From Acidimicrobiales bacterium (lineage in GTDB: Bacteria > Actinomycetota > Acidimicrobiia > Acidimicrobiales > Bog-793): a stretch of DNA of 64,000 nucleotides. The stretch is taken from positions 657 to 64,656 of the forward strand of contig JBEKBT010000005.1 of NCBI GenBank assembly GCA_050015255.1. Direction: 5' to 3'. Below, one piece after another: positions 28,639-38,896 of this stretch (the stretch's first letter is position 1; every line of letters begins with the position of its first letter). A program made the position numbers and the translations under genes. The notes beneath the pieces are model-generated. The model ran no database searches and had not been told where the DNA came from. It worked only from the letters and a program-made list of their open reading frames with translations.

Positions 28639-30828
28639 CTAGACGGAGGTCTTCTCCGGCCGCCTCTCGGGCTCGAGCGTCACCTTGAGCTCACCGACGC
28701 GCTGCTTGACGCCGAGCTCGTGATGTCTCCGGCCCTGCCTCGTCACCCTCAGGTCGACCGAGGCGTCGCCGACGCGAAGGTTCTCGAGGTGAACCTCGGC
28801 CAGCCACTTCGGCAGGAACGGGTCAAGTGTCACCTTGGCCTCGGTGGCGTCGACGCTGAGACCTAGCAGGGTGGTGACGAGATGCACGACGGCACCCGAA
28901 GCCCAGGCCTGGGGGACGTTGGCACCGAGGTAAGGCACGGGAAAGCCGCCCTTGTCGCGAGCCAGCCCGGCGAAGAGCTCCGGCAGCCGGTAGTCGGCGA
29001 AACACTGGGCTGCCTCGAAGATGCCCTGGGCCACGCGCACGGCTTCGTCGTCGAGACCGTAGTGCCGGAAACCGGCCGCGGCGATGGCGTTGTCGTGCGG
29101 CCAGACCGTCCCCAGGTGGTAGGCGAAGGGATTGAAGGCGGTGTGCGACGAAGCCAGGGTGCGTATCCCCCAGCCGGTGAACATGTCCGGCTCGAGCATT
29201 CGTCGCCCGACCTGGTGTGCCCGCCCGGGATCGACGGCCCGTGCCCAGAGGAGGTGGGCCGGGTTCGAGGTGACGCTCTCGATCGGGCGCTTGTCCCCGT
29301 CGAGACCGAGGTAGTAAGTGCCCTCGGCCTCCCACCAGAAGCGTTCCTCGATCATCTGGGCGAGCCGATCGGCCTCAGAGCGCAGCCGCCGCGCACCGCT
29401 CTCGTCCGAGAGGGCTGATTCGAGGACGTCGGCCCAGGCACGTTTTGCGGCGACGACGTATCCCTGGTGCTCGCACAGCGCGATCGGCAGGGGCGCCTTT
29501 TCGCCCTTGGCATCGAGCACGGCGTCCTCGGCATCCTTCCAACCCTGGTTGTAGTAGCCGTGGCGCGAGCGCGTGGCGTACTCCTGAAGGCCGTCGCCGT
29601 CCGAGTCGCCGTAACGGTCGATCCACTCGAGAGCCCGCTCGACGTTCGTACGGACGGAGTCGAGGGCGACTCGGTCCCCGTGCCATCGCCAGGCCTCGGC
29701 GGCCGTGAGCACGTACAAGGTGGTGGCGTCGTGGGTGCCGTAATAAGGCGTGTGCGGGATCAGCCTGAGCTGGGCCAGCTCACCGTGGCGGATCTCGTGC
29801 TCGATCTTGCCGGGCTGCATATCGCGTTCGTCATCGGTCGCGTTTGCCTGCAAGGCGGCGAGCGCCCGCAGCGTCGCCAGCGCGAAGCGCGGGGACAGCA
29901 TGAGAGTCTGCAGTGACACGATGAGCGCGTCGCGCCCGAACAGGGTCACGAACCAGGGCACTCCTGCCGCCGGCACCCAGGCGTCACCGTTGTCGCGAAC
30001 TGGCGCGTCGGTGCCGACATCTGAGCTCGGCGCCATCCGCAACGAGGACAGGTCCTCGACCGAACGCGAGATCGTGAGGTCCAGCAACGGGTCGGAGGTC
30101 GCGATCTTGGTGACATGAGCGACCCAGTCGTGATGGACGGCTCCATGAGTCTCGGTGTCGTCGACGAGGGCGTGGCACAAAGAGGTGGGCCGGCGGCGCT
30201 CGGGCAACCTCGGCACCCACTTGAGGCAGGTATGCCAACTGGCTCCGGGCGCGACCTGGAGCCGGAAGATCAACGATCCGTTGGCGAACTCGGCCGGCGA
30301 GTCGCACCGCTCGACCGCCAGCTCGAGCGCCCGAACGAATTCGCCGTTGCGGTAAGTCGTGACGAGGAGGGCCTCCTTCTCGTCCCAAGTGCTCTGCATG
30401 ATGCCCCGGCGGCGGACGCCGAGCTCGCGCAGGTCGAACACGTCGGCGAAATCGCACTCGACGTGCACCTCGAGATCGAGCTCGACCCCCGCCCGCGAGT
30501 AATTGGTGACCTCGTAGTCCTCGTGCACCCCCCCGCCGACGGTGCGGTCTATGCGCAGATGCAGCGCGCTCGCCTCGATCTGACCCCAGGCGGTGACGAG
30601 GGTCGGGTTCGTGAACTCGAAGCGGGCCGAGTAGGGCTCGGTGCTGGCGCCCTTCAGCAACACGGGAGCCAAGCCGCCGAGCAGCAGGCGATAGCCCGAG
30701 ACGAGCCGCGTGTCCTTGACGATGTAGCCGCGCTCGGTCCCAGTCGGAATGGTGGCTTGGCGGTCACAGACGAGCACCTCGTCGTCGACATGCAATGTCA
30801 GCCCGTCGGGCGTGATTCCGAACTCCAT
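28639..30828 (-). CDS. Amylo-alpha-1,6-glucosidase / glycogen-debranching-enzyme-like protein (GDE_N plus GDE_C architecture)
   Basis: 729 aa. Its (alpha/alpha)6-barrel-type C-terminal region is recognisable by family resemblance, for example VPWFVTLFGRDALI and GYYNQGWKD. Confidence 0.7.
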   Translation of the reverse strand: MEFGITPDGLTLHVDDEVLVCDRQATIPTGTERGYIVKDTRLVSGYRLLLGGLAPVLLKGASTEPYSARFEFTNPTLVTAWGQIEASALHLRIDRTVGGGVHEDYEVTNYSRAGVELDLEVHVECDFADVFDLRELGVRRRGIMQSTWDEKEALLVTTYRNGEFVRALELAVERCDSPAEFANGSLIFRLQVAPGASWHTCLKWVPRLPERRRPTSLCHALVDDTETHGAVHHDWVAHVTKIATSDPLLDLTISRSVEDLSSLRMAPSSDVGTDAPVRDNGDAWVPAAGVPWFVTLFGRDALIVSLQTLMLSPRFALATLRALAALQANATDDERDMQPGKIEHEIRHGELAQLRLIPHTPYYGTHDATTLYVLTAAEAWRWHGDRVALDSVRTNVERALEWIDRYGDSDGDGLQEYATRSRHGYYNQGWKDAEDAVLDAKGEKAPLPIALCEHQGYVVAAKRAWADVLESALSDESGARRLRSEADRLAQMIEERFWWEAEGTYYLGLDGDKRPIESVTSNPAHLLWARAVDPGRAHQVGRRMLEPDMFTGWGIRTLASSHTAFNPFAYHLGTVWPHDNAIAAAGFRHYGLDDEAVRVAQGIFEAAQCFADYRLPELFAGLARDKGGFPVPYLGANVPQAWASGAVVHLVTTLLGLSVDATEAKVTLDPFLPKWLAEVHLENLRVGDASVDLRVTRQGRRHHELGVKQRVGELKVTLEPERRPEKTSV

Positions 30829-30856
30829 TGGCTTCCGATCTTGCCCGAGGCGGGCC

Positions 30857-31921
30857 TCAGGCCGCGCTCTCCTCGACCAGGTGATCGAACCGAGGCGGTG
30901 TGAGCTCGCCGCTCAGCACACGCTCGAACAAGGCGACATGGGCGGCCACCATGGGTTGCAGGGAGAAACGGGTCTCCGCCGCCTTCCGGCACTGCGCCCG
31001 CTCGAGCTCGCCGACGCGCCGCAGCACCTCCGCGAGATCTTCCTCCCCGCTGCGGAGATACCCGGTGACGCCTTCATCGACGAGCTCTGGCGCCGCTCCC
31101 CGCGGCGTTGCCACGACGGGCGTGCCCGATGCCAGCGCCTCGATCATCACCATGCCGAAAGGCTCGTTCCACTGCATGGGGTTGAGCAGGCAGAGAGCCC
31201 CTCCGAGCGCCTCGAATTTGGCGGCGTCGCCCACCTCGCCGATGAACTCGACGTCACCACCCAAAAGGGGGCGCACGCGCTCGTTGAAGTAGTCGTACTC
31301 GGGCTGCTCATTGAGCTTCCCCGCGATCTTGAGGGGCACGCCCGCCTTGCGGGCGACGCGTACGGCCGTGTCCACGCCCTTGTCGGGACTCATTCGCCCA
31401 AGGAAGAGGGCGTAGCCACCGCGGCCGACGCCGAAGGGGTACTTGTCGACGTCGAGACCGTGATGTATCACCGCGGCGACGGGGATGTCACCGGCGGTGG
31501 ACGCCTGATGGTGCGAGATGGCGATGATCGGGACGCGATCGGCCATCGCCCGGTAGTAATCATGAAGCTCGCCGTCGAAAGGCCCGTGGTTGGTGGTCAC
31601 CACCGCCAGGTTCGGGAAGCGCTCCGCGTACACGGGTCCGACCAGGGTGTGGTCGTGCACGATGTCATAGCCGCTTACGGCCTCGTAGGCATGGATGACA
31701 TGGTGCATCTCGGTCACAGCACCGCTCGGGCCGATGCCACAAGCCTTTTCGAACACCCAGGCCTTCGGGACCGGGCAGGTGCTGTCGCCGGTCGTGTACA
31801 ACAAGACGTCGTGGCCCGAGGTCGCCAGGCCACGAGCCAGTCCGTCGAGGACCAGCTCGGTGCCACCGTAGGCCACCGGGGGAACTGCTACCCACGGCGG
31901 CGCCACGATCGCGATTCTCAT
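30857..31921 (-). CDS. Family 4 glycosyltransferase
   Basis: MRIAIVAPPW...GGTELV N-terminus and EPFGMVMIEALASGTPVVAT (E-x7-E). Confidence 0.8.
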   Translation of the reverse strand: MRIAIVAPPWVAVPPVAYGGTELVLDGLARGLATSGHDVLLYTTGDSTCPVPKAWVFEKACGIGPSGAVTEMHHVIHAYEAVSGYDIVHDHTLVGPVYAERFPNLAVVTTNHGPFDGELHDYYRAMADRVPIIAISHHQASTAGDIPVAAVIHHGLDVDKYPFGVGRGGYALFLGRMSPDKGVDTAVRVARKAGVPLKIAGKLNEQPEYDYFNERVRPLLGGDVEFIGEVGDAAKFEALGGALCLLNPMQWNEPFGMVMIEALASGTPVVATPRGAAPELVDEGVTGYLRSGEEDLAEVLRRVGELERAQCRKAAETRFSLQPMVAAHVALFERVLSGELTPPRFDHLVEESAA

Positions 31922-32101
31922 CTCACTCCTCGTCAGTCGTTACCGTCCCACGAGCGCGAAAGGCCGGGCAAAAAGGCGATCGAGATCGCGGTGCGGGCAC
32001 TGCCGGGCCACCGGAGCTCCGATGCGAGTCTACCTTGACCTTTCCATTCCAACAGCGGACGCCCCCCCGATGTTCCAAGGAAGGCTCCGACCTCGATGGC
32101 G

Positions 32102-32812
32102 CTACTCGAGCGACGGCGCCCTCGCGTCAAGGGCCGCAAGGGCCAAGCCATCGGGCTCGCCGCCGCCGTCCCAGTCCTCGATGAATACCCCTGACGCGTT
32201 CCGGCGAAACACCGGGATGGCGCCGAGCGCGTGCACGAGACCGACCGTGTCGCCAAGCTCGCGGCGCCAGGTGGACGCCTCGGTGACAAGGGTGCCGATG
32301 GCGACAGGCTTCGCCCCGACCCGGTTGAGCAGGTTGAGTGCTGCCCGCATGGAGGCGCCCGTCGATATGACGTCGTCGACGAGCGCCACTCTCTTGCCCT
32401 TTACGACGTCGACTCTCGCGGCGTCGAACAAGAGGCGCTGCTGGGCACCGGTCGTGATGGACTTGACCGGCTCGGCGATGGCATCGCGCAGGTGCAGTTT
32501 CGGCGTCTTCTGCAAGATCAGATAGTCGTCGAGGCCCAGCGCCCTGGTCACCTCGATGGCGAGCGGGATGCCCATGGTCGCCACCGAGACGACGAGGTCG
32601 GGCTCATAGGGCTCCAGCTGCTCAGCAAGCTCTGTCGCCGCTCGCTCGACGAATCGAACACCGTGGTCCACCGTGATCAGCAGCGCTATCGCCAGCTCGT
32701 CGGTGATCGGGATCAGCGGCAGGTCGATCTCCTGGGAGCCGACTGTCGCGTGATATGTGCCTGCAGCTATGACCATGATCGCGATGCTCGCCCGTCCGGC
32801 GCAGAAGCGCAA
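32102..32812 (-). CDS. Type I phosphoribosyltransferase (adenine/xanthine PRT-like)
   Basis: PRPP-binding motif KRVALVDDVISTGASM. The start is uncertain; an alternative ATG lies at 32776. Confidence 0.7.
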   Translation of the reverse strand: MRFCAGRASIAIMVIAAGTYHATVGSQEIDLPLIPITDELAIALLITVDHGVRFVERAATELAEQLEPYEPDLVVSVATMGIPLAIEVTRALGLDDYLILQKTPKLHLRDAIAEPVKSITTGAQQRLLFDAARVDVVKGKRVALVDDVISTGASMRAALNLLNRVGAKPVAIGTLVTEASTWRRELGDTVGLVHALGAIPVFRRNASGVFIEDWDGGGEPDGLALAALDARAPSLE

Positions 32813-32851
32813 CTGGAGATCAAGCGGGAGCCAGATACGGTGGGTGCCAGA

Positions 32852-33547
32852 TCAGGCGGGAGGCCCGAAGAGCCGGTCGCCGGCGTCGCCGAGGCCGGGC
32901 ACGATGAAGCCCTGTTCGTTCAGCTCCTCGTCGACCGCCACGCAGGCCACCTTTACCGACGGGTGATGAGCGCAAAAGTGGTCAAGGCCCGGCCGCGAGG
33001 CGATCACGCACAGGGCGTTGATCTCCGTGGCACCACGTTGCTTCACGAGATCACAGACCTTCACGAGCGATCCTCCCGTCGCCAGCATCGGGTCGCAGAT
33101 GATCACGCGCCGGCCGGACAGATCGCGGGGAAGCCTCTCCAGGTAGACGGTGGGGACCAGGGTCTCCTCGTCGCGACGCAACCCGACATGGGCGACCTCT
33201 GTCAACGGGAGCATCTCTTGGATGGCGGGGATCATTCCAAGCCCCGCCCGCAGTATCGGCACCAGGAGCACCATCTCGCTCACCCGCTGGCACACGACGT
33301 CGCGCGCCATCGGAGTATCCACCCGCTGCTCGGCCGTGCGAAGGTCCCGTAGAGCCTCGTAGGCGACGACAGCAGACAGCTCACCCATTACCGTCCGAAA
33401 CGTGGCGTTGTCGGTCTCGACGGCCCTCAAGTACGACAGGCGGTGGGCGACGATCGGGTGGTCGACGACGAGCACGCGCTGGCCTCCTGCCGAGGGATGC
33501 CGGGCCGGCTCGGTGACGAGTCGGAGTCCCCTTCCCGAATGTGACAT
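32852..33547 (-). CDS. upp: Uracil phosphoribosyltransferase
   Basis: VVDHPIVAHRLSYLR, IICDPMLATGGS, and the C-terminal GFIVPGLGDAGDRLFG. The start was chosen at 33547 to avoid overlapping the upstream oxidoreductase gene. Confidence 0.85.
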   Translation of the reverse strand: MSHSGRGLRLVTEPARHPSAGGQRVLVVDHPIVAHRLSYLRAVETDNATFRTVMGELSAVVAYEALRDLRTAEQRVDTPMARDVVCQRVSEMVLLVPILRAGLGMIPAIQEMLPLTEVAHVGLRRDEETLVPTVYLERLPRDLSGRRVIICDPMLATGGSLVKVCDLVKQRGATEINALCVIASRPGLDHFCAHHPSVKVACVAVDEELNEQGFIVPGLGDAGDRLFGPPA

Positions 33548-33629
33548 CTCCCGCAGGCTACCCGAGCGGCTCGGTGGGCGCCTCTCCGCAGGCTCGCCGA
33601 AGCGGCTCTGTGACCTTGCGGTCGAGCGC

Positions 33630-34991
33630 TCAGGAGGCAAGGTCCCTGAGGGCGACCTCAACGGCGCGATGAAAAGTCGGGTAGGCGTAGATCATCGTGG
33701 TGAGCGCTGCGACCGGGACGCAGGCATGGACCGCGAGCGTGAGCATCGAGAGCACTTCGCCGCCGCAGGGCCCGGCCGAAGTCGCCCCGACGAGCACACC
33801 GCGCTCCGCATCCTCGACCAGCTTTATGAACCCAGCATTGTCGACTTTTTGGATCCATCCCCGAGCCGATGAAGGCAGCTCCGCGTGCCCGGTTCTCACG
33901 TTGATCCCGGCCGCCCGTGCCGTCGCCTCGTTGTGCCCCACGGATCCGATCTCGGGATCGGTGAAGGTCACCCGCGGAAGGGCCCGGTAGTCGGCGGGGG
34001 CGGTGGGCAGGCCCAAGATGTCGGCCAGCACGATCTCGGCCTGGTACATCGACACGTGGGTGAAGGCGCCCTCACCGGTGACGTCGCCGACGGCCCAGAG
34101 CCCCGGCGCGGCGCGGCACATGCCGTCGACACGGATCGAGCGCGCCGTCTCGTCGAGGCCGACCGATCCCACCCCGATCGATGCGAGATCGGCCCGGCGC
34201 CCGGTGGCGACGAGGAGCCGCGCCCCCTCCAGCCATTCCTCTGTGGCGAGCTGCACGGCGATCCCGGGACCGCTGTCGCGCACGGAGCTCACCTCGGCCC
34301 GGGTCACGATGCGCAGACCCTCGGCCTCTAGCACCTCTTTGAGCAGCTGGCCGGATTCGGGCTCCTCCAGCGGGAGCAGGTTGGGGGCCGCCTCCACGAT
34401 GGTGACAGCGCTCCCGAAGCGGGCGAAGACCTGCCCGAGCTCTACCCCGATCGCCCCGCCCCCGAGAACGAGGAGAGACGACGGCACCTCGGTCGCCTCG
34501 ATGGCGTCGCGGTTGGTCCAGTAGGCCACGTCCCCGAGTCCCGGGATCGGGGGCGCCCAGGGCTGGGTCCCGGTGTTGACCACGATCCCGCGCGTCGCCT
34601 CGAGCTCCCTCTCGCCCACCGAGACCCGTCCCGGACCGGCCAGGCGGCCCCACCCTCTCACGAAGCGGCCGCCTTTGGACTCGAAGCGCTCGACCGCCAC
34701 GCGATCGTCCCAGTCGTCGGTGGCCTCCGTCCGGATCCGCTTGGCGACCGGCGCCCAGTCCGCCTTCACCGTCACTGTCCCGGCGATCCCGGGCACCCGG
34801 CGCGCATCGGCGAGGAGGTCCGCGGCGCGGAGCATCATCTTGGAAGGGACACAGCCCCAATACGGGCACTCACCCCCGAGGAGCCGGCCCTCGATGCCCA
34901 CGACGTCGAGGCCCTCCTCCGCGAGCCGGCCGGCAACGTGCTCACCACCTGGGCCCATCCCGAGGACGATCACGTCCGCATGCTCGACCAT
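33630..34991 (-). CDS. Class I pyridine nucleotide-disulfide oxidoreductase (dihydrolipoyl dehydrogenase/mercuric reductase-like)
   Basis: FAD motif VIVLGMGPGG, redox-active disulfide GGECPYWGCVPSK, NAD motif VLGGGAIGVE, and a C-terminal dimerisation domain. Confidence 0.85.
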   Translation of the reverse strand: MVEHADVIVLGMGPGGEHVAGRLAEEGLDVVGIEGRLLGGECPYWGCVPSKMMLRAADLLADARRVPGIAGTVTVKADWAPVAKRIRTEATDDWDDRVAVERFESKGGRFVRGWGRLAGPGRVSVGERELEATRGIVVNTGTQPWAPPIPGLGDVAYWTNRDAIEATEVPSSLLVLGGGAIGVELGQVFARFGSAVTIVEAAPNLLPLEEPESGQLLKEVLEAEGLRIVTRAEVSSVRDSGPGIAVQLATEEWLEGARLLVATGRRADLASIGVGSVGLDETARSIRVDGMCRAAPGLWAVGDVTGEGAFTHVSMYQAEIVLADILGLPTAPADYRALPRVTFTDPEIGSVGHNEATARAAGINVRTGHAELPSSARGWIQKVDNAGFIKLVEDAERGVLVGATSAGPCGGEVLSMLTLAVHACVPVAALTTMIYAYPTFHRAVEVALRDLAS

Positions 34992-35050
34992 GCCCGATCG
35001 TAACCTGAAGCCTTCGGCGCAGGTCGGGTCGCTTAAACTGCCGCCCCACG

Positions 35051-36583
35051 ATGAGGATCACGGCCACCGGGCACGCCGGCTTGTTTCTGGACACGGCGAT
35101 GGGAAGCGTCCTCTGCGACCCATGGCGCACCCCGGCCTACTTCGCCTCGTGGTTCGTGTTCCCGGACAACAGCGACGTCGCTTTCGAGGAGTTCAAGCCC
35201 GATTTCCTCTACGTCTCGCACCTGCATCGGGACCACTTCGATCCTGAGCTGCTCGCCCGGAGCGTGCCTAAGTCCACGACGGTCCTTCTCCCGGAGTTCC
35301 CCACCGACGAGCTGCGCTCGGCCTTGAGCGATCTCGGCTTCCGCTCGTTTGTCCAGACACGGAACGGCGAGCCGATCGAGCTCGGCGGTCTCCGGGTGAT
35401 GATCACGGCCATGGTCTCGCCGAGCGACGGCCCCATCGGCGACTCGGCCCTGTCGCTCGACGACGGCGAGGTGCGGGTGCTCGACCAGAACGACGCCCGA
35501 CCCCCGGACCCTGCCCAGCTCAACGCCTTTGGCGCCTACGACGGGCACTTCCTGCAGTTCTCCGGCGCCATCTGGTGGCCCGTGGTCTACGACCTGCCGG
35601 AAGCGAACAAGACCGAGTTCGCCAAACGCAAGCGACTGAACGGGATGGAGCGGGCATGTCGCTTCGTCGACGCCGTCGGCGCCCGTTACGTCTTCCCGAC
35701 GGCGGGACCGCCCTGCTTCCTCGACGACGACCTGTTCGAGCACAACGACTTCGCGAACAGCCCCGACAACATCTTCCCGGACCAGAGAGTATTTCTTGCC
35801 TACCTGGCCGACGGCGGCCTCGACAACGGGCGGCTCCTGGCCCCGGGCAGCACCGCCGCCATCGGCCCCACGGGCTGCGGGATCTCCCACGCCTTGGCGG
35901 AGGCCGACCTGCAGTCGATCTTCACCGACAAGCGCACCTACCTCGAGGCTTACGCGGCCCGGCAACGACCGGTCCTCGAACACGAGCGGCTTTCTCGGCC
36001 CCACTACGAGGGTGACCTGCTGGCGGCGCTCAGGGACTGGTGGGAGCCGTTGCTGGCGCTGGCAGATCACATCTGCGAGGGTGTCGGCGCCCCGGTGCTC
36101 TTGGACCTCGGCGACACGCAGATCCTCGTCGACTTCCAGGCGCGAGAAGTGCGCGACTGGGCCGGCGAGGCGTGCCGCTACCGGTTCAGCCTCGACCGGC
36201 GCCTTGTCGAGGCACTCGTGGCTGAGCACGAGATCGACTGGGTGAACAGCCTGTTCCTCTCGATGAGGTTCCGCGCCAGGAGACGGGGTCAGTACAACGA
36301 GTACGTCTTCGCCTTCTTCAAGTGCCTTTCCCCCGAGCGCATCTCCTACGTAGAGGGTTGGTACGCCGAGAAGTCGAGCAGCGAAGACCTGGTGAGGCTC
36401 GGCGACTACATGGTTCAGCGCCGCTGCCCACACCTGAAAGCAGACCTCTCGCGCTTCGGCACGGTCTGCAACGGGGTGCTCGAGTGCGCCATGCACGGAT
36501 GGCGCTTCGAGCTCGCCAGTGGTCGCTGCCTGACGGCCGAGGGCCACGAGATCGTGGCCGCGCCGATCGAGGCGTCAGGCTGA
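35051..36583 (+). CDS. MBL-fold metallo-hydrolase fused to a C-terminal Rieske [2Fe-2S] domain
   Basis: MBL motif HLHRDHFD near the N-terminus, and Rieske ligands CPHLKADL...CAMHGWRF at the C-terminus. Confidence 0.8.
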   Translation: MRITATGHAGLFLDTAMGSVLCDPWRTPAYFASWFVFPDNSDVAFEEFKPDFLYVSHLHRDHFDPELLARSVPKSTTVLLPEFPTDELRSALSDLGFRSFVQTRNGEPIELGGLRVMITAMVSPSDGPIGDSALSLDDGEVRVLDQNDARPPDPAQLNAFGAYDGHFLQFSGAIWWPVVYDLPEANKTEFAKRKRLNGMERACRFVDAVGARYVFPTAGPPCFLDDDLFEHNDFANSPDNIFPDQRVFLAYLADGGLDNGRLLAPGSTAAIGPTGCGISHALAEADLQSIFTDKRTYLEAYAARQRPVLEHERLSRPHYEGDLLAALRDWWEPLLALADHICEGVGAPVLLDLGDTQILVDFQAREVRDWAGEACRYRFSLDRRLVEALVAEHEIDWVNSLFLSMRFRARRRGQYNEYVFAFFKCLSPERISYVEGWYAEKSSSEDLVRLGDYMVQRRCPHLKADLSRFGTVCNGVLECAMHGWRFELASGRCLTAEGHEIVAAPIEASG

Positions 36584-38791
36584 GGCGAGCTTCTCGCTGA
36601 CAGGCTCCTCGCGAAACTTACGTTTCTTCGTTGCGGGCGTTCCCGAACCGGGGTGCTTGTCGAGCCAGATCGTGAGCTCCTCCGGCGGCACAGGCCTGCT
36701 CAGGTAGTAGCCCTGAGCGAGATCACAGCCCAATTCCGCCAGGCGCTCCATGACGGCGCGCTTTTCCACTCCTTCGGCCACCACCTCCAGGCCGAGGTTG
36801 TGGGCGAGCTCGATCGTCGAGCGGACGATGGCCTCGTCCTGTTCGCGGGCGATCGCGGCCGACACGAACGACCTGTCGATCTTGATCTCGTCGATGGGCA
36901 GCCGCTGCAAAGCAGCCAGCGAGCAGTAGCCGGTCCCGAAATCGTCGAGCGAGAGGCGCAGCCCCATGGCGCCGAGGCGCTCGAGCACGTCCTCGGTCCT
37001 GGCAGGGTCGGCCGAGACGGCGCTCTCGGTGACCTCGAGCTTGAGCATCGCCGCGGGCATGCGCCACTTGCCGAGCAGCGCCGCGACCTCGCCGGGCAAG
37101 GCGGGATCGGTCAGGTCCCGAATGGAGAGGTTGACCGCGATCGGCAAGTGGCGCCCCTCTTCCGCCCAGGCTCGCCACTGCCGGGCCGCCTCCTCGAGGA
37201 CAGAGCGGGTGAGCGCCCTGATGAGGCTCGTCTCGCGCGCGACAGGGATGAACTCCTCCGGCATCACGAGGCCCCGGACGGGGTCCTGCCAACGCACGAG
37301 AGCCTCGACTCCGACGACCCGACCACCTCGCACGGCGACCTTCGGCTGGTAGTGCAAGACGAGCTCGTGCTCGTCGATCGCCCGCCGCAGCTCACCCAGC
37401 AAGGCAAGGCGTGTCGCGGCGCGCGCGTCAACCGAGGCGTCGTAGAAGGCGTAGGCGAGCTTGCTGTCCTTGGCGACGTACACGGCCGTGTCCGCGCAAC
37501 TGAGGAGAGAGTCGGCGTCGAGGCCGTCGCGCGGCCAGCAGGCGATACCGATGCTCACCTCGACATTCAGAGCCAGTCCCTCGAGATCGATCGTCGGCTC
37601 CATCGCCCCGCGGACCCGATGCACGACCTCGAGCGCCTGGGGCCGGCCTGCCCCGGGCACGAGGATGGCGAACTCGTCGCGGCCAAGCCTTGCTATTGAG
37701 TCACCCTCCCGCAGCACGGTCCTGAGCCGGTGCCCGACCTCTTGCAGCAACCGGTCGCCGGTCTCACGGCCGAGCGTGTCGTTGACTTCTTTGAACCGGT
37801 CCAGGTTCATCACGAGCACGGCCAGCTCGGCGTCGCTGTCGGGCGCCTCGGAGATGGCACGAGCGAGGTTCTCGCGGAAAAGGACCCGGTTCGGGAGCCC
37901 GGTCAGCCAGTCGTGCAGCACCTGACGGCGAATTTGGCGTTCGAAGAGATCGCGCGACCCCTTCGCCGCCTTCTGCCGCGTGACGTCGAAGATGATGCCG
38001 GCCGTCCATTCCGGCCTGCCGTCAGGGCCGAACACCGGCCGCCCATGCTCGGCAACCCATCGCTGCTCCCCGTTCAGGTGGAGCACCCGGTACTCGAGCG
38101 AGTACCCGGAGCCTCGCTCGAGGGCATCGCTGACCTCGGCGACCACGTAGGGCAGGTCGTCGGGATGAACGATCGAGTCGTAGCTGCGCACCTTGTTCTC
38201 GATGAAGTCGCTCGCCGGGTACCCGACGAGGTCTTCAATCTGGCCGCTCAGGAACTGGATCGTGCCGATCGCGTCACACGCGCAGCGGTAGACGGCGGCG
38301 GGGATGCTGGCGACGGTCGAGCGGAGACGCTCCTCGGCGTCACCTGGGCGCGCCTCGGTCTCTTCTCGCGGCGAGACGTCGAGGCAGTGCCCGTAAAGCG
38401 TCGCCCTCCCCGCGGCGTCCACGACCGGCACTGCGTCGTCGTATATCCACAGCACGGTCCCGTCCTGGCCGACCATCCGGTACTCGCTCACGAGCGGCTC
38501 GCCCCTGGCTGCGGCGTCCCGGTGCTCGGCGAGGACCCGGTCCCGGTCGTCCGGATGCAGCAGCCTGGCGAAGCCCCCGGGATCGTCGGCGACGGTGTCG
38601 GGCGGGGTCCCCAGGATGTCGGCGGCGCGGGTGCCGAGCTCGGTGACGATGACCGGGAGCATCTGGGTCGCGCGGTAGGAGAGGACGAAGAACTCCTCGA
38701 AGACCGACCACGCCTCGATGGCGTCGTCGACCGCCGCCACCCTGGAGATCGGCGGTTCGGACTGAGGGTCGGACGCCATTGGACTACTCAT
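36575..38791 (-). CDS. PAS-PAS-GGDEF(degenerate)-EAL signalling protein
   Basis: 738 aa. The A-site reads GRDEF and is preceded by an RxxD I-site (REGD). The EAL domain has an intact VEALVRW and an EVTES motif. Confidence 0.85.
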   Translation of the reverse strand: MSSPMASDPQSEPPISRVAAVDDAIEAWSVFEEFFVLSYRATQMLPVIVTELGTRAADILGTPPDTVADDPGGFARLLHPDDRDRVLAEHRDAAARGEPLVSEYRMVGQDGTVLWIYDDAVPVVDAAGRATLYGHCLDVSPREETEARPGDAEERLRSTVASIPAAVYRCACDAIGTIQFLSGQIEDLVGYPASDFIENKVRSYDSIVHPDDLPYVVAEVSDALERGSGYSLEYRVLHLNGEQRWVAEHGRPVFGPDGRPEWTAGIIFDVTRQKAAKGSRDLFERQIRRQVLHDWLTGLPNRVLFRENLARAISEAPDSDAELAVLVMNLDRFKEVNDTLGRETGDRLLQEVGHRLRTVLREGDSIARLGRDEFAILVPGAGRPQALEVVHRVRGAMEPTIDLEGLALNVEVSIGIACWPRDGLDADSLLSCADTAVYVAKDSKLAYAFYDASVDARAATRLALLGELRRAIDEHELVLHYQPKVAVRGGRVVGVEALVRWQDPVRGLVMPEEFIPVARETSLIRALTRSVLEEAARQWRAWAEEGRHLPIAVNLSIRDLTDPALPGEVAALLGKWRMPAAMLKLEVTESAVSADPARTEDVLERLGAMGLRLSLDDFGTGYCSLAALQRLPIDEIKIDRSFVSAAIAREQDEAIVRSTIELAHNLGLEVVAEGVEKRAVMERLAELGCDLAQGYYLSRPVPPEELTIWLDKHPGSGTPATKKRKFREEPVSEKLASA

Positions 38792-38896
38792 TCTCCGCCC
38801 TCACGACTCTAAACATCGGCCCGCAGCTGGCCAGACTTGAGATCGATCCCAGCTCAGGACCATCGATGGAATGCTACGGGCTGTCTGGCCGGCGGC

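Noticed and set aside
35033-36547. 504-aa minus-strand ORF mirroring the MBL-Rieske gene almost end to end.
   Set aside because: It has no recognisable motifs, whereas the plus-strand frame carries HxHxDH and Rieske CxH...CxxH ligands. It is kept only as a note within the MBL-Rieske finding.
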